Shown here piece after piece: positions 49,001 to 57,045 of a DNA stretch of 64,000 nt. A program made the position numbers and the translations under genes. Positions within the stretch are counted from its first letter, which is position 1, and each line of letters opens with the position of its first letter. Source of the DNA: a virus (taxonomy: Duplodnaviria; Caudoviricetes); IMG/VR virus record IMGVR_UViG_3300005281_000021, positions 18,783 through 82,782 of that record; one strand, 5' to 3'. The notes beneath the pieces were generated by a model. The model worked only from the letters and a program-made list of their open reading frames with translations, had not been told where the DNA came from and ran no database searches.

Positions 49001-49722
49001 GCGGCGATCTTGGCCTGCTTCTTCCCGTAGGTGTTCGACCCGAACTTCATGGCCTCGATCGCGGCCACGTCGCCCGCGTCCGCGGCGTTTTTCAACGCGT
49101 CGATCTTCTTGTTGTGGCTGGGAGCGTTCGAGTTGCTGGGCGGCAGGTAGTGCTGCGCCCAGACCTCGTCCGGCCAGGGGTTCGGACTGGCGGGCTTTTT
49201 AGGTTCGGGAGCAGGCGCCGTCGCAGGAGGAACATCAGACGCGGGCTTGGCCTGCGTCGCCTGTTCGGCTGGCGCGTCGGCGCTCGGCGCATTCAGGTGG
49301 CCCAGCCCGCCGACCGCAGCCTGCACCTCGGCCATCAGCTGGTCGCGCTTGTCGCTGGGCAGCGAGAAAAAGGCCTTCCACTGGCCGGGCGTCGGGTTCT
49401 GGCCGGCCAGCGCGGCCTTCTTCCACATCGACACCGCCGCCGACAAAGACGCGGCGGACTGCAGCTCGGCAGCCAGGCCCTTGACCTTGTGCACCTGCTC
49501 GTGCGGATCCAGCGCGTGAAACGCCGGGTCAGCGTGTAGCTTCTTGACCGCCGCCGCCTGGTAGTGGGACAGCGCGACATGGTGCGCGTCGTGGGGTGCC
49601 GGCTTGTCCGGGTTGACCTTGTGCCAGCGCGGAGGGTTGCCGTAGAGGGCATAGCCGGCCTGATTCTTGATCGACTTCAGGAACAGGATAGGCCGGCGCA
49701 GGAGGGAAGTAATCGCGTCCAT
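46075..49722 (-). CDS. Multidomain protein: HipA/PI3K-like kinase domain + C-terminal R-S-E ADP-ribosyltransferase
   Basis: GSNPGG..YYCK..EVLAAKLY..DAWLANYD..NVM..RIDVG; IYRW..ASYS..SEKEV; start moved to ATG 49722 by promoter motif. Confidence 0.8.
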   Translation of the reverse strand: MDAITSLLRRPILFLKSIKNQAGYALYGNPPRWHKVNPDKPAPHDAHHVALSHYQAAAVKKLHADPAFHALDPHEQVHKVKGLAAELQSAASLSAAVSMWKKAALAGQNPTPGQWKAFFSLPSDKRDQLMAEVQAAVGGLGHLNAPSADAPAEQATQAKPASDVPPATAPAPEPKKPASPNPWPDEVWAQHYLPPSNSNAPSHNKKIDALKNAADAGDVAAIEAMKFGSNTYGKKQAKIAADLLAAMKGAKPAPKVVSVKPAGQDAQAKLAEMAAQVAAKKKQITDAVHAAGYGVAENAAHGMLLAEHKNGHPVMFGDKDKAESLALHAQAAGISVSVVGSGPYLLRVDGILSGGNGAAAPSKAATPVQVPHFDSYQDALIWAKQRATDLGMTWTGYVSSPEYKEHVYPVLVGLYHTHKAISAETAKKSGAEMQAKMAEVGVKPGDKVSWTQAGAFMTTESHSGVVKLNQNGVPMVHLDYEIAVAKPGGKIGYVKKIPWKPYMLPKPEPKPEPELAHSFFNQDAGMAAMVHKHADGKWGVTVKNTQAGDAQPVVNFYSTEDQAVAFAKEAVGLPSRAPKVVSVQVKTQAEPAKAADDGPKEGDIKQGADGMLVFHDGHWHKVQSGGSPISIDGWKQVGGQKGSNPGGVFAAPDGAQYYCKFPKDPDHARSEVLAAKLYALAGVDVPFTRLISRDGKIGIASLMDPELKHDAAALASGQVHGVKAGFAADAWLANYDVAGKVHDNVMLKPDGKPVRIDVGASLAYRARGKKKPFTPTVNETKTLLDPNINPQASAMFAGISEADIAAGVAKIAAIDDEALRAVVMMYGPGSEANRKKLIDTLLARKADLLAQYPQAAKFAEKEKKKRLDPTKLPVDPEKLPSAHDFLNWHGPGKGLSSKDYINQANTAIEQEMLAIAKQGNLPALRGLKFEQIDKETGQKTGKLLPISEHPSKHVVQLHQDLVQHLDEIANPPRPLKLFHAQEVSTVEALDAAFPPKPFGTTVSSANSNEKLGFWVALGSVSSVEHLKPKKTQHLTKAAIDAAYDRYKNAPPLAKHFIDSVQASGSYNELFRQGKKEDHSGHSLAEVAKAALDYSTEQPEGTTIYRWQNMTDSMVQKILSAPDGTVFQATGPMCASYSPTATKSFGKHRVVIRYAKGARGVESFGSGSYKSEKEVTTLPNARFVILSKQMVNDESKYGERLELEVLMLPPDLGLPK

Positions 49723-49738
49723 TTGAACGATCGTAGGG

Positions 49739-49984
49739 TCACGACGGGCGCGGGCGGCGTCCCTGCTCGTGCCAGTAGTAGGCATGATGGTCGACCACGC
49801 CGCCGCAGCGCCGGCAGCGGTACTTCCGGCGCAGCGGATCGTCGTCGGACAGCGGCCCGAAGTCGTGCCAGTCGCAGCCGTGGAGCCGATACTGGTTAGC
49901 CTTCACGTCGTCCCAGATCTGCCGCATGTCATCCCGGGACAGGCCCGTCATGGACGCCATGGCGCCGAGGAAGTCCCTGCTCAT
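49739..49984 (-). CDS. Small zinc-binding hypothetical protein
   Basis: C..H..CRRCGG; GGAAGG SD-like. Confidence 0.6.
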   Translation of the reverse strand: MSRDFLGAMASMTGLSRDDMRQIWDDVKANQYRLHGCDWHDFGPLSDDDPLRRKYRCRRCGGVVDHHAYYWHEQGRRPRPS

Positions 49985-50262
49985 TGCCTTCCTCCTGGCG
50001 GCGGGATCCGGCCAGTGACGGTAAACATGAACCCCGGGTGATCAAAGTCCGGGTCGATCAGCCCGTGCACCCACGCCGCGGCAGACCAGAGCAGATCGGC
50101 CACGTCGAGCAGCCAGTCGGGCCATCCGTTGCGCACGGCGACATCCGGGCACGGGCCGAACGGATCGCCCAGGTAGACCGGCACGATGCCGTAGAACCGA
50201 CCGAAGTGGGTGTAGCGGGTACCGATTTCGGCAGCGGGAACGCGGTCGAACAGGATAGCCAT
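49981..50262 (-). CDS. Hypothetical protein
   Basis: YTHFG.FYG.VPVY; leaderless late motif upstream. Confidence 0.65.
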   Translation of the reverse strand: MAILFDRVPAAEIGTRYTHFGRFYGIVPVYLGDPFGPCPDVAVRNGWPDWLLDVADLLWSAAAWVHGLIDPDFDHPGFMFTVTGRIPPPGGRQ

Positions 50263-50329
50263 GAGGGGGAGCGTGAGGTCACGACGCGCCAGGCGCTAGG
50301 CCGGGCTTGCGCCCGGCGCGGGTTAATGA

Positions 50330-50551
50330 TCAAGCCGACGGGTACGCATCACTTCGGTCCTCGATCGTGGCGAATGTCGCCCCAGGCACCGATGCGGCAA
50401 GCGCCCGGCCAACCTCAACAGCCTGACGAATATTCGGGAACTCGCCATACTGCGAGCAAGACGCCATCCCTTTGCCGTCACTTTGGAAGTGGGTAACGAC
50501 AAATCGCTTCACCGCGCGCACGCGGAACTCGTTCTCAGCTTTTGCTTTCAT
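50330..50551 (-). CDS. Hypothetical protein
   Basis: GGAG SD upstream. Confidence 0.5.
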   Translation of the reverse strand: MKAKAENEFRVRAVKRFVVTHFQSDGKGMASCSQYGEFPNIRQAVEVGRALAASVPGATFATIEDRSDAYPSA

Positions 50552-50625
50552 TTCACAACTCCGTCCGCCCCCGCAGGGGCATTGATGCCGGGAACCGCCC
50601 GGCGCGGTCCTACGAATCGGAACGC

Positions 50626-51979
50626 TTACACCGCCTCCTTCGCGGCGCGCTCAGCCTCCGCCTCGATGGCCTGGATGTACCGGACGACAGTGGGCGAGAA
50701 GCCCGTGATCCGCGTCCACTTGCCGTAGCCGACCCCGTTCGCGTAGTGGCCGACGTTGACCATGTAGCCGCGGGCAGCACCCGGCCCGACAACGGCGTCG
50801 GTCGACTGCTCGTCGGTGATGACGATCAGCCGGTCGGCATCCGGCGCCATCGCCTTGGCCTGCGCGACCGCGATGCCCAGGTAAGTGCCCATATGCGGTT
50901 GAGAGCGGGTGATCGCGTCGGCCAGCGCCATGCCGGAGCGCGGCGGAACATCGACCACCACGTCCGAAAACGAGAGCACCCGCGCCGACTCGGCGATGCC
51001 GCGCACCAGGATCGCCAGCGCGCAGGCCGCGTCCAGCCGGGTGAGGTCGGAGTGCCGGGACAGGCGGCTGTTCATGGATCCCGACACGTCGACCAGCAGG
51101 ACGGTCTTGCCCGGCATCTTTGGCATCCCCAACAGCGCCCGGCCCATGGCCGCGTCGATCCACTCCTCCCACGCCGGCACGGCGCGAGCAGCAGCGATGA
51201 ACTGGAACGGCAACGCCCGGGACTTCGCCGCGCCGGAGAGTAGCGCGTCGCGCACCAGCCCCTCGTCCACGCCGGCCTCGTGCATGTTGCGCAGGTTGCG
51301 CAGTAGGGCGACGTACCCGAGCTTTCCCTCGCGCAGCAGGCGCTCGAAGGTCTCGCGCTTGTCAGCGCCCGAGGACAGCGCCACCTCCCAGGTGTCCGGC
51401 GTCTTCAGCTCGCCGCGCAGCAGCCGGCCCCAGAGCGCCCCCTGCTCGGCATCCGCCGGCTTCGGGCGCACCATGCGCAGCACGTCGGCCAGCTTCACCT
51501 GATACGGGCGGTTGTACTTGGCGAGCTGGTACTCATCGAACTTGGTGAACGCCCGGGCGAGGCCCTTTTTGACCTGCGCCGCGATCGGCACCCGGCCATT
51601 GGCCCAATACAGGGCCAAGAACTCGGCCAACTCGTCGGCGCGCTGGATGACCCGGAATAGGGCGGTTGCCACCAGGCCCGGCACCTTGGCCGCGCCCGGG
51701 TGGCGGGTCAGCTCACGCACCAGATACAGCGGAGCATGGCGCAGCTGCATCTCCGAGCGGGCCTCGACCGCCAGATCGGCGACAGCGAGCGGGTCACATT
51801 GGGGCACCAGCCGCTTGATGCGGTCGGCGACGTCCTCGCCGGACTCGTAAAAGGACGACTCCCACAGCAGGCAGGCGAGCACCGTCCGGCGCAGCTGGTC
51901 GATCGGCGGCAGAGTGATGGCCGGCCCGCCCTGGTGGGTGCGCGGGCCATTGGCCGGCGGCGGGTAGGTTGGTACGCAT
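50626..51979 (-). CDS. rsr: Ro60/Rsr TROVE + vWA protein; SD-linked ATG is out of frame with the body
   Basis: RTH.GG..LACLLWE..FYE, FDEYQLAKY, TPDTWE, ALLRNLRN, vWA DVSGSM, ITDEQ. Confidence 0.85.
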
Positions 51980-51993
51980 GACACCTCCAAATG

Positions 51994-52023
51994 AAAAACG
52001 GGCCGCAACAAGTGCGACCCGTC
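51994..52023 (-). terminator. Terminator-like hairpin between Y RNAs and TROVE gene
   Basis: GACGGGTCGCA..TGCGGCCCGTT stem running into a T tract. Confidence 0.6.
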
Positions 52024-52033
52024 TGGGAAAAGC

Positions 52034-52169
52034 GGGGGAATGACCGGGGCCGGGTTTTTGAGCTGCTGCTCTACCACTTGAGCTACAGCCGACCGCCGCT
52101 AGGCGGGCGACTGGCGGGGCTCGAACCCGCAACATGCGGCTGGCGAAGTAACCGACTCCTGCACCACCC
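52034..52169 (-). ncRNA. YrlA-like Y RNA with tRNA-mimic domain
   Basis: T-arm GCGGGTTCGAGCCCCGC precedes closed acceptor-like stem and D-arm TAGCTCAAGTGGTAGAGCA; next to Ro60 gene. Confidence 0.85.
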
Positions 52170-52176
52170 AACGGAT

Positions 52177-52240
52177 CGCGGGAAAAGTCGAGTCCGGATT
52201 GCTTTCACCCAAACGAAGTAACCGGACTCTTCACCACGCG
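52177..52240 (-). ncRNA. Short Y-RNA-like RNA 2 (Ro-binding stem only)
   Basis: GGTGAA-GAGTCCGG-TTACTTCG..CCGGACTC; same stem architecture as YrlA copy. Confidence 0.7.
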
Positions 52241-52280
52241 AAAACTGCATCCCGGCTGCCAGGGCAGCCAGGGAAAACCT

Positions 52281-52345
52281 TGTCGGGCAAGAGCCGAGCG
52301 CGGTTCGCGCTCAATTCGAAGTAGCCGCGCTCTGCAGCACCGACA
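52281..52345 (-). ncRNA. Short Y-RNA-like RNA 1
   Basis: GCTGCA-GAGCGCGG-CTACTTCG..CCGCGCTC; -10 TAAAAT about 6 nt upstream. Confidence 0.7.
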
Positions 52346-52689
52346 GGCAGATTTTAATCGGATTTGAGCAAGCCGTGACGGATGAGATTGAAACAAGGCG
52401 CTACTGAAACGGGTTGTCCAGCAGGCCGGCAATCACCATCGCCCCCACCGCAACCACCACGATGGCCAGCACCAGCGTGACCGCCACGCTGATCCCGAAC
52501 TCCCTAGCGTACACGCGTCGCCCGCGCTGTCCGCAGCAGATAGGTCGTCGAGATTTCATGCAGGTGCGCCCGATGTGCGCCCGAAAGAGCGAAGCCCAGC
52601 CGGACAGCCGCGAAACCCAACGGCATCCGGCGCCCAAACACCAGTGTCCGAGTCCGGTGAATGTACACCGTACATACCACGTCGGCGAG

Positions 52690-52920
52690 TTACCGGGCGT
52701 TTCTGGAGGTATGCCACCAGTTGAACGCCCGCCGCAGCAGGTAGCTGCGCACCAGCGACACCGCCGTGAACAGCGCCCCGATGGCGAGGTTGTCGGCCAG
52801 CGACGGGCGCAGACCGAACAGCGGGAAGATCGCCAGCTGCGCGAGCAGCGCCACGACGTAGCCGACCGCCACGTTGACGACCGCCTCGAGCAGGCTGGCG
52901 CGCCGGGACTGGCCGCTCAT
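52690..52920 (-). CDS. Small membrane protein
   Basis: QSRR.SL.EA..NVAVGY..S.VRSY..RR.FN. Confidence 0.7.
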   Translation of the reverse strand: MSGQSRRASLLEAVVNVAVGYVVALLAQLAIFPLFGLRPSLADNLAIGALFTAVSLVRSYLLRRAFNWWHTSRNAR

Positions 52921-53231
52921 GGGCGCTCCGAAATATCGACCGCATCAGGCCCGAGCACCTGCACCGCGATCTGGCGACCGATATCCTCCGGGACAGCGCC
53001 GCAGACATTACCGACGTAGAGCGGCTGCGCGACGTAGCCGCTCGGCTCCATGTCCAGGTAGCTGACCTCGGGATCCGGAATTGCTGCCAGGACCGTGAAC
53101 ACGAAAACCCCGGGATGCTCGCGCGCAAACGCATTCACCTCGTCGGGCAGCTTGTCGACCAGGACCGCGTAGCGCGGGCGGTAGGTGGAAGGCGGCAGGT
53201 CGGAAAGTTTCAGGATCTTCAGCGCGCTCAC
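52917..53231 (-). CDS. Hypothetical protein
   Basis: GTGA coupling chain. Confidence 0.5.
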   Translation of the reverse strand: MSALKILKLSDLPPSTYRPRYAVLVDKLPDEVNAFAREHPGVFVFTVLAAIPDPEVSYLDMEPSGYVAQPLYVGNVCGAVPEDIGRQIAVQVLGPDAVDISERP

Positions 53232-53563
53232 GGCTTCCACCCCGCATCCTTGGCCTGCTTGGCCCGGGTCTTGTCCAGCGAGTCGAGCGCCGCCCGCAGG
53301 TCGTCCAGATGCGCGTCGGTCAGCGCGCCGCCGTTGACGACGATCCGGGCGAACAGCTCCAGCGGGCGCAGCGCCAGCACCTCGTCGGTCAGCAGCGGTC
53401 CGCGCTCGCCCCAGAACTCCTCGCCGCGGATCACGGCCTCGTAGTGATCGAGCATCGCGGCCACCAGGCTGGCGACGCGAGGGTCGGCCAGCGCCGCGGG
53501 GTTTTTCTTGCGGACGGCGTCTCGAACCGTCTTTTTCAGGTATTCGAAGTCTTCGGATTTCAT
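53228..53563 (-). CDS. Hypothetical protein
   Basis: GAGGTGA SD. Confidence 0.6.
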   Translation of the reverse strand: MKSEDFEYLKKTVRDAVRKKNPAALADPRVASLVAAMLDHYEAVIRGEEFWGERGPLLTDEVLALRPLELFARIVVNGGALTDAHLDDLRAALDSLDKTRAKQAKDAGWKP

Positions 53564-53571
53564 GGGTCACC

Positions 53572-53919
53572 TCAGTAGATGCTGCCCGGATGGCCGGGCG
53601 CAGACGGATAGCCGGCCCGCGCCATGTCGGCTGCGCCGGTGCCGGTGTAGGGCTGCGGCGCGCTGGCGCCCAGGTGAAACTTCGCCAGCTCGGCCTGATC
53701 CTCGTAGATCCGGCGCAGCTCCTCCCGGGCCGCACGCAGCGCCTCGGCCTGCCGCTCGCTCTGGCCGCGCCACATGTCGCGGTTGCGCTCGGTGCGCCGC
53801 AGGCGCTCGATCAGCGCGAGCGCGTCGCCAGGGTGGACGGGAAAGCGAGTGCCGCGCTCCATGGCAGCCAGCGCGGCGCGCTCGAGATCCTGCAGGATTC
53901 GGTCGGTCGGGTCAGTCAT
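53572..53919 (-). CDS. Hypothetical protein, Ead/Ea22-like helix
   Basis: P..ALALIERLR..E coiled coil; coupling. Confidence 0.55.
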   Translation of the reverse strand: MTDPTDRILQDLERAALAAMERGTRFPVHPGDALALIERLRRTERNRDMWRGQSERQAEALRAAREELRRIYEDQAELAKFHLGASAPQPYTGTGAADMARAGYPSAPGHPGSIY

Positions 53920-54380
53920 GCCGCACCCCCCGACAGGCGAACACGGGCAGACGAACGGCGGTGCCGCAACCGTGGCGGGCGGCAGGACGCGAAGCTCATG
54001 TACATGGCAGTGAACAAGAAGCCGAGGTTAACGATATCCTCCGAGCGAAAGCCGCCCAGGACGGCGCGGGCGACCACGCCGGCGACGAAGAAGAACAGGT
54101 TGCACCAGCGCAGGAACGCGCCACCCTCGCCGAGCACGGCGATCAGGGCGTCAGACCGGGCAGCCAGCACCATCAGCACGGCCTGCAGCGAGCAGACGAC
54201 CAGCACCGCGATCTTCATCGCATGCATGGGGCTCTCGGCCAACAGGAACCGGGCCAGCACGACCGCGGAGAACCCCCAGGCGCACTGCTCGGCCCACCAG
54301 CGCGGCCACCGGCCAGTAGCGTCGACGACCCACTGGTGCGCGGCGACCACGCGCGAGTCGAGATAGCGGAAGGCCCTCAT
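53916..54380 (-). CDS. Membrane protein
   Basis: Several TM segments; coupling. Confidence 0.55.
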   Translation of the reverse strand: MRAFRYLDSRVVAAHQWVVDATGRWPRWWAEQCAWGFSAVVLARFLLAESPMHAMKIAVLVVCSLQAVLMVLAARSDALIAVLGEGGAFLRWCNLFFFVAGVVARAVLGGFRSEDIVNLGFLFTAMYMSFASCRPPRLRHRRSSARVRLSGGAA

Positions 54381-54799
54381 GGCTGCCGCACCTCGTCGGG
54401 CACTTCAGCCCCGAACTTGGACGCCACGAAGGCACGCATGGCGGCGATCAGGTGCGTCGGTCCGCCCATACGGTAGCGATTGGTGCCGAGGCCCATGTCG
54501 GCGAAATAGCGCGGCGCCATGCTGTCCGGGTCGACCGAGAAGGTGCCTCGCTCGCGCTCGATGATCGGGCCACCGTGCTGCCACTGCATCGACGGCTCGA
54601 AAATCTGGTAGTCCTGCCGGAATGGGTTGCTGGGCACTAGGCGGCACACGGTGCGGCCACCCTCCGTGACCAGCTCGCAGCCCCGGAAGGTCGGGTCGAG
54701 CGTCATGGTCGGGAACAACTCGTGCGCCCAGACCCAGACCTCGCCGGCTTGCGCCACCCAGTAGTCGAGCAGACCGCCGGACAGCTCCGCAACCTTCAT
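54377..54799 (-). CDS. NinX/DUF2591-like protein
   Basis: MKVAELSG..LDYWVA..PS..W..GGPIIERE..GPT.LIAAMRAFVASKFG.EV. Confidence 0.8.
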   Translation of the reverse strand: MKVAELSGGLLDYWVAQAGEVWVWAHELFPTMTLDPTFRGCELVTEGGRTVCRLVPSNPFRQDYQIFEPSMQWQHGGPIIERERGTFSVDPDSMAPRYFADMGLGTNRYRMGGPTHLIAAMRAFVASKFGAEVPDEVRQP

Positions 54800-55191
54800 G
54801 CGCGACCTCCCGCCTCTTGCTCGGCCTCCGCCTGCTTGGCAGCGGCCAGAAGCTGGTCGGCATAGTGCGGCCACGCGTGAGCCAGATCCCGCAGGGAGAC
54901 CACGCCAGACAAGAACGCGTCCACCATGTCTTTGATCTTCGCCCGGTCTTCATCCGAGCCGCGATGCGCGACTTCCAGCAGCGCCATGGCGCGGTCGAGC
55001 CGTTGCAGCGCCAGCAGAACCAAGGCCGGGCTGCACACGCTCACGAAATCGGCGGTGGCCTTGTCCAGCAGGGACGCGTCGAACGGCTGGCCGGCAGCCT
55101 GTGCCGCACTGCGCTCGGCAAGCAGCCGGGCCGCGGTCTGGGCAGTGGCGCGCAGAGCGTCTAGGTCGAACTCATGTGCAGTAGCTTCCAT
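54796..55191 (-). CDS. Hypothetical protein
   Basis: AGGA SD; coupling. Confidence 0.55.
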   Translation of the reverse strand: MEATAHEFDLDALRATAQTAARLLAERSAAQAAGQPFDASLLDKATADFVSVCSPALVLLALQRLDRAMALLEVAHRGSDEDRAKIKDMVDAFLSGVVSLRDLAHAWPHYADQLLAAAKQAEAEQEAGGRA

Positions 55192-55447
55192 TCCTTTCCT
55201 TTTTCGCGGCAAGGGCCGCACGCAATACCGGCGCCACTTCGGCGTCGAAAATCTCCCGGGCGGCGCGCTCGAGCGCCTTCCGGGCGTCCGCCCCGCGTTT
55301 TGCCTCCACGCGGGACAAGTAACCGCGGCGCGCTTCCCGGTCGGGCAGCTTCGCCACGTAGCGCGCCTCGCATTCGGCGCGCCATTCCTCGGAGCTGCTC
55401 GAGACCTCGCGGCCATCGCGCAGCCGGACAACACGGTCAGGCCTCAT
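55172..55447 (-). CDS. Hypothetical protein
   Basis: SEEWR.ECEAR..RR.YL..V..KRG motif. Confidence 0.6.
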   Translation of the reverse strand: MRPDRVVRLRDGREVSSSSEEWRAECEARYVAKLPDREARRGYLSRVEAKRGADARKALERAAREIFDAEVAPVLRAALAAKKERNGSYCT

Positions 55448-55746
55448 GAGGGCATCGGCGCGAAAAAGACGGCCACGATAGCCGCGATGCAGAGCATCAT
55501 GCCAAGGACGCCGATGGCCAGACGAACGCGGATCTCGAACCGCTCCCGGCGCTCGGCGCGCCGCTTCATTTCGTCGTACATGTCGGGTTTGTGCCCGGCT
55601 GGCGCCCGGGTGGCGCGGCGGCGGGAAATTCGCAAGCCGCGGGCGGGGCTTACCAGCGCAGGCGTCAGAGTTTTAATCAGATTTGAGTATGCCATGAAAC
55701 CGCCCGGCGTGCCACGCATCACGCGCCGAGCACAACATCACGACGG

Positions 55747-56124
55747 TCAATCCGCATCGGCGGCTTCGGCACGCTCCGCAAGCGCCTCGTCGACGATCTG
55801 GCGGCTCCGGCTCGCGCTCGTCTCGGCGCGCCAACGGCGCACGGCATGAGCCAGCGACCAGGCCGCGTCGGTGAACTTGACCCAATGGGTAGGCCTGCGC
55901 CCTGGGAACAGCTGGCGCAGCTCGTCGATAACGGACGACGGGATCCTGCCAAACGACAGCAAGCCCGCCTCCTGAAACTGGCGCAGCGCGCGGATGTCTT
56001 GGATGTTCATCCGGACTCCCTCGAGCAGCCCGCCGTAATCGACCACGCAGCACTCGGCATACAGCAGGATGCTGCGCTGCTCGCGGGTCATGGTGGCAGG
56101 GGTGAAGGTCGTAGCGGTTTCCAA
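55747..56124 (-). CDS. Hypothetical protein
   Basis: GGAGG SD before TTG. Confidence 0.55.
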   Translation of the reverse strand: METATTFTPATMTREQRSILLYAECCVVDYGGLLEGVRMNIQDIRALRQFQEAGLLSFGRIPSSVIDELRQLFPGRRPTHWVKFTDAAWSLAHAVRRWRAETSASRSRQIVDEALAERAEAADAD

Positions 56125-56175
56125 AGTTGCCTCCCAGCAGTGAAGGGCGCCGCCGGACGACGGCGCCGGGTTGAA

Positions 56176-57045
56176 TTACCAGCCGAATTTTTCGGCGCAG
56201 ATCGGGCCGATGCCGCGGTCGATGCTTTCCTGGTTTTCCAGCTGCCGCCCGCACACCGAACACTTGCCGGTCATGCGCCCGTAGGCGACCGCGGATGCAG
56301 CCGGGTCGGACGCCACGCGCACGACCTCGGACGCCACATCCTCGGCGCAGTCGCGCGAGCGGTAGAAGCGCCCGTCGACGATTTTGCCCAGGTAGGTCTC
56401 GCCCTGCTTCACGTAGATGGCGCCGGGGTTTTTGCCGGCGCCGGCCAGCGAAAACACGAAGCCGGCCAGGCGCAGGCGCGGGCGCATCAGGCCGTTGCAG
56501 CGGGCGGTGTCGAACGCGCTGGCAATCACCGACACGTCGACCGGCTTCGCGCCAGCCTCGCGCTCGGCGCGCGCCGCGGCGATCTTGGCGACCACGGCCT
56601 GCGCGGCAGCCAGCTGGCGCTCGGTCAGCGCGCCGAACCGGCGCACGCCATGACGCAGGGACGCGGCGAAGCCGGAGTCGCTCGACTCCATCCAGGCGGC
56701 GATCTCTGGGTGCAGCTCGCGGAACTTCGCCAGGCGCTCCTCGGCCAGTTTGGCCTCACGCTCGGCCTTGCGGGCCTTGGCCGCGGCCCGGGCGGCGCGC
56801 GCCTTGGCCCTTTCCTCCGGCGAGGTCACGTACTCCTTGACGCCCCTGCCGGCGCAGGCGGTGCAGCGGTGGTGGCCCAGGCTGGTCGGGGCATTCCACG
56901 CGCCGGAGCCGCCGCACTTCCAGCAGACGGAGACGTACTTCGGCTTCGCGGGCTTCGCGGCAGCCTCAAGGACGTCGTCGAGATCATCGGGAAAGTCGGT
57001 GAAAACGGCGGACTTCGCGGCGGGGTTGGTGGTGGTGGCCAGCAT
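56176..57045 (-). CDS. Zinc-finger protein (DUF6011-like C-terminus)
   Basis: C..CGG.G..C..C.G.G; CSVCGRQL....SI.RGIGPICA; AGGAGG SD. Confidence 0.75.
   Translation of the reverse strand: MLATTTNPAAKSAVFTDFPDDLDDVLEAAAKPAKPKYVSVCWKCGGSGAWNAPTSLGHHRCTACAGRGVKEYVTSPEERAKARAARAAAKARKAEREAKLAEERLAKFRELHPEIAAWMESSDSGFAASLRHGVRRFGALTERQLAAAQAVVAKIAAARAEREAGAKPVDVSVIASAFDTARCNGLMRPRLRLAGFVFSLAGAGKNPGAIYVKQGETYLGKIVDGRFYRSRDCAEDVASEVVRVASDPAASAVAYGRMTGKCSVCGRQLENQESIDRGIGPICAEKFGW

Noticed and set aside
49723-49785. N-terminal extension of the 1236-aa ORF
   Set aside because: Overlaps the upstream gene and the promoter motif; ATG 49722 fits the leaderless pattern
52064-52135. Canonical tRNA gene
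   Set aside because: T-arm precedes D-arm and there is no anticodon arm or CCA end, which is the YrlA mimic layout
52034-52345. CRISPR-like mini-array from repeated CGAAGTA.CCG
   Set aside because: Repeats are short, irregularly spaced and explained by Y RNA stems; no cas genes
55722-55744. Additional late promoter GTCGTGAT-GT-TGTGCT-N6-GTG
   Set aside because: Spacing fits but the hexamer lacks the conserved A; left uncounted. GTCGTGAG near 40400 likewise has no -10
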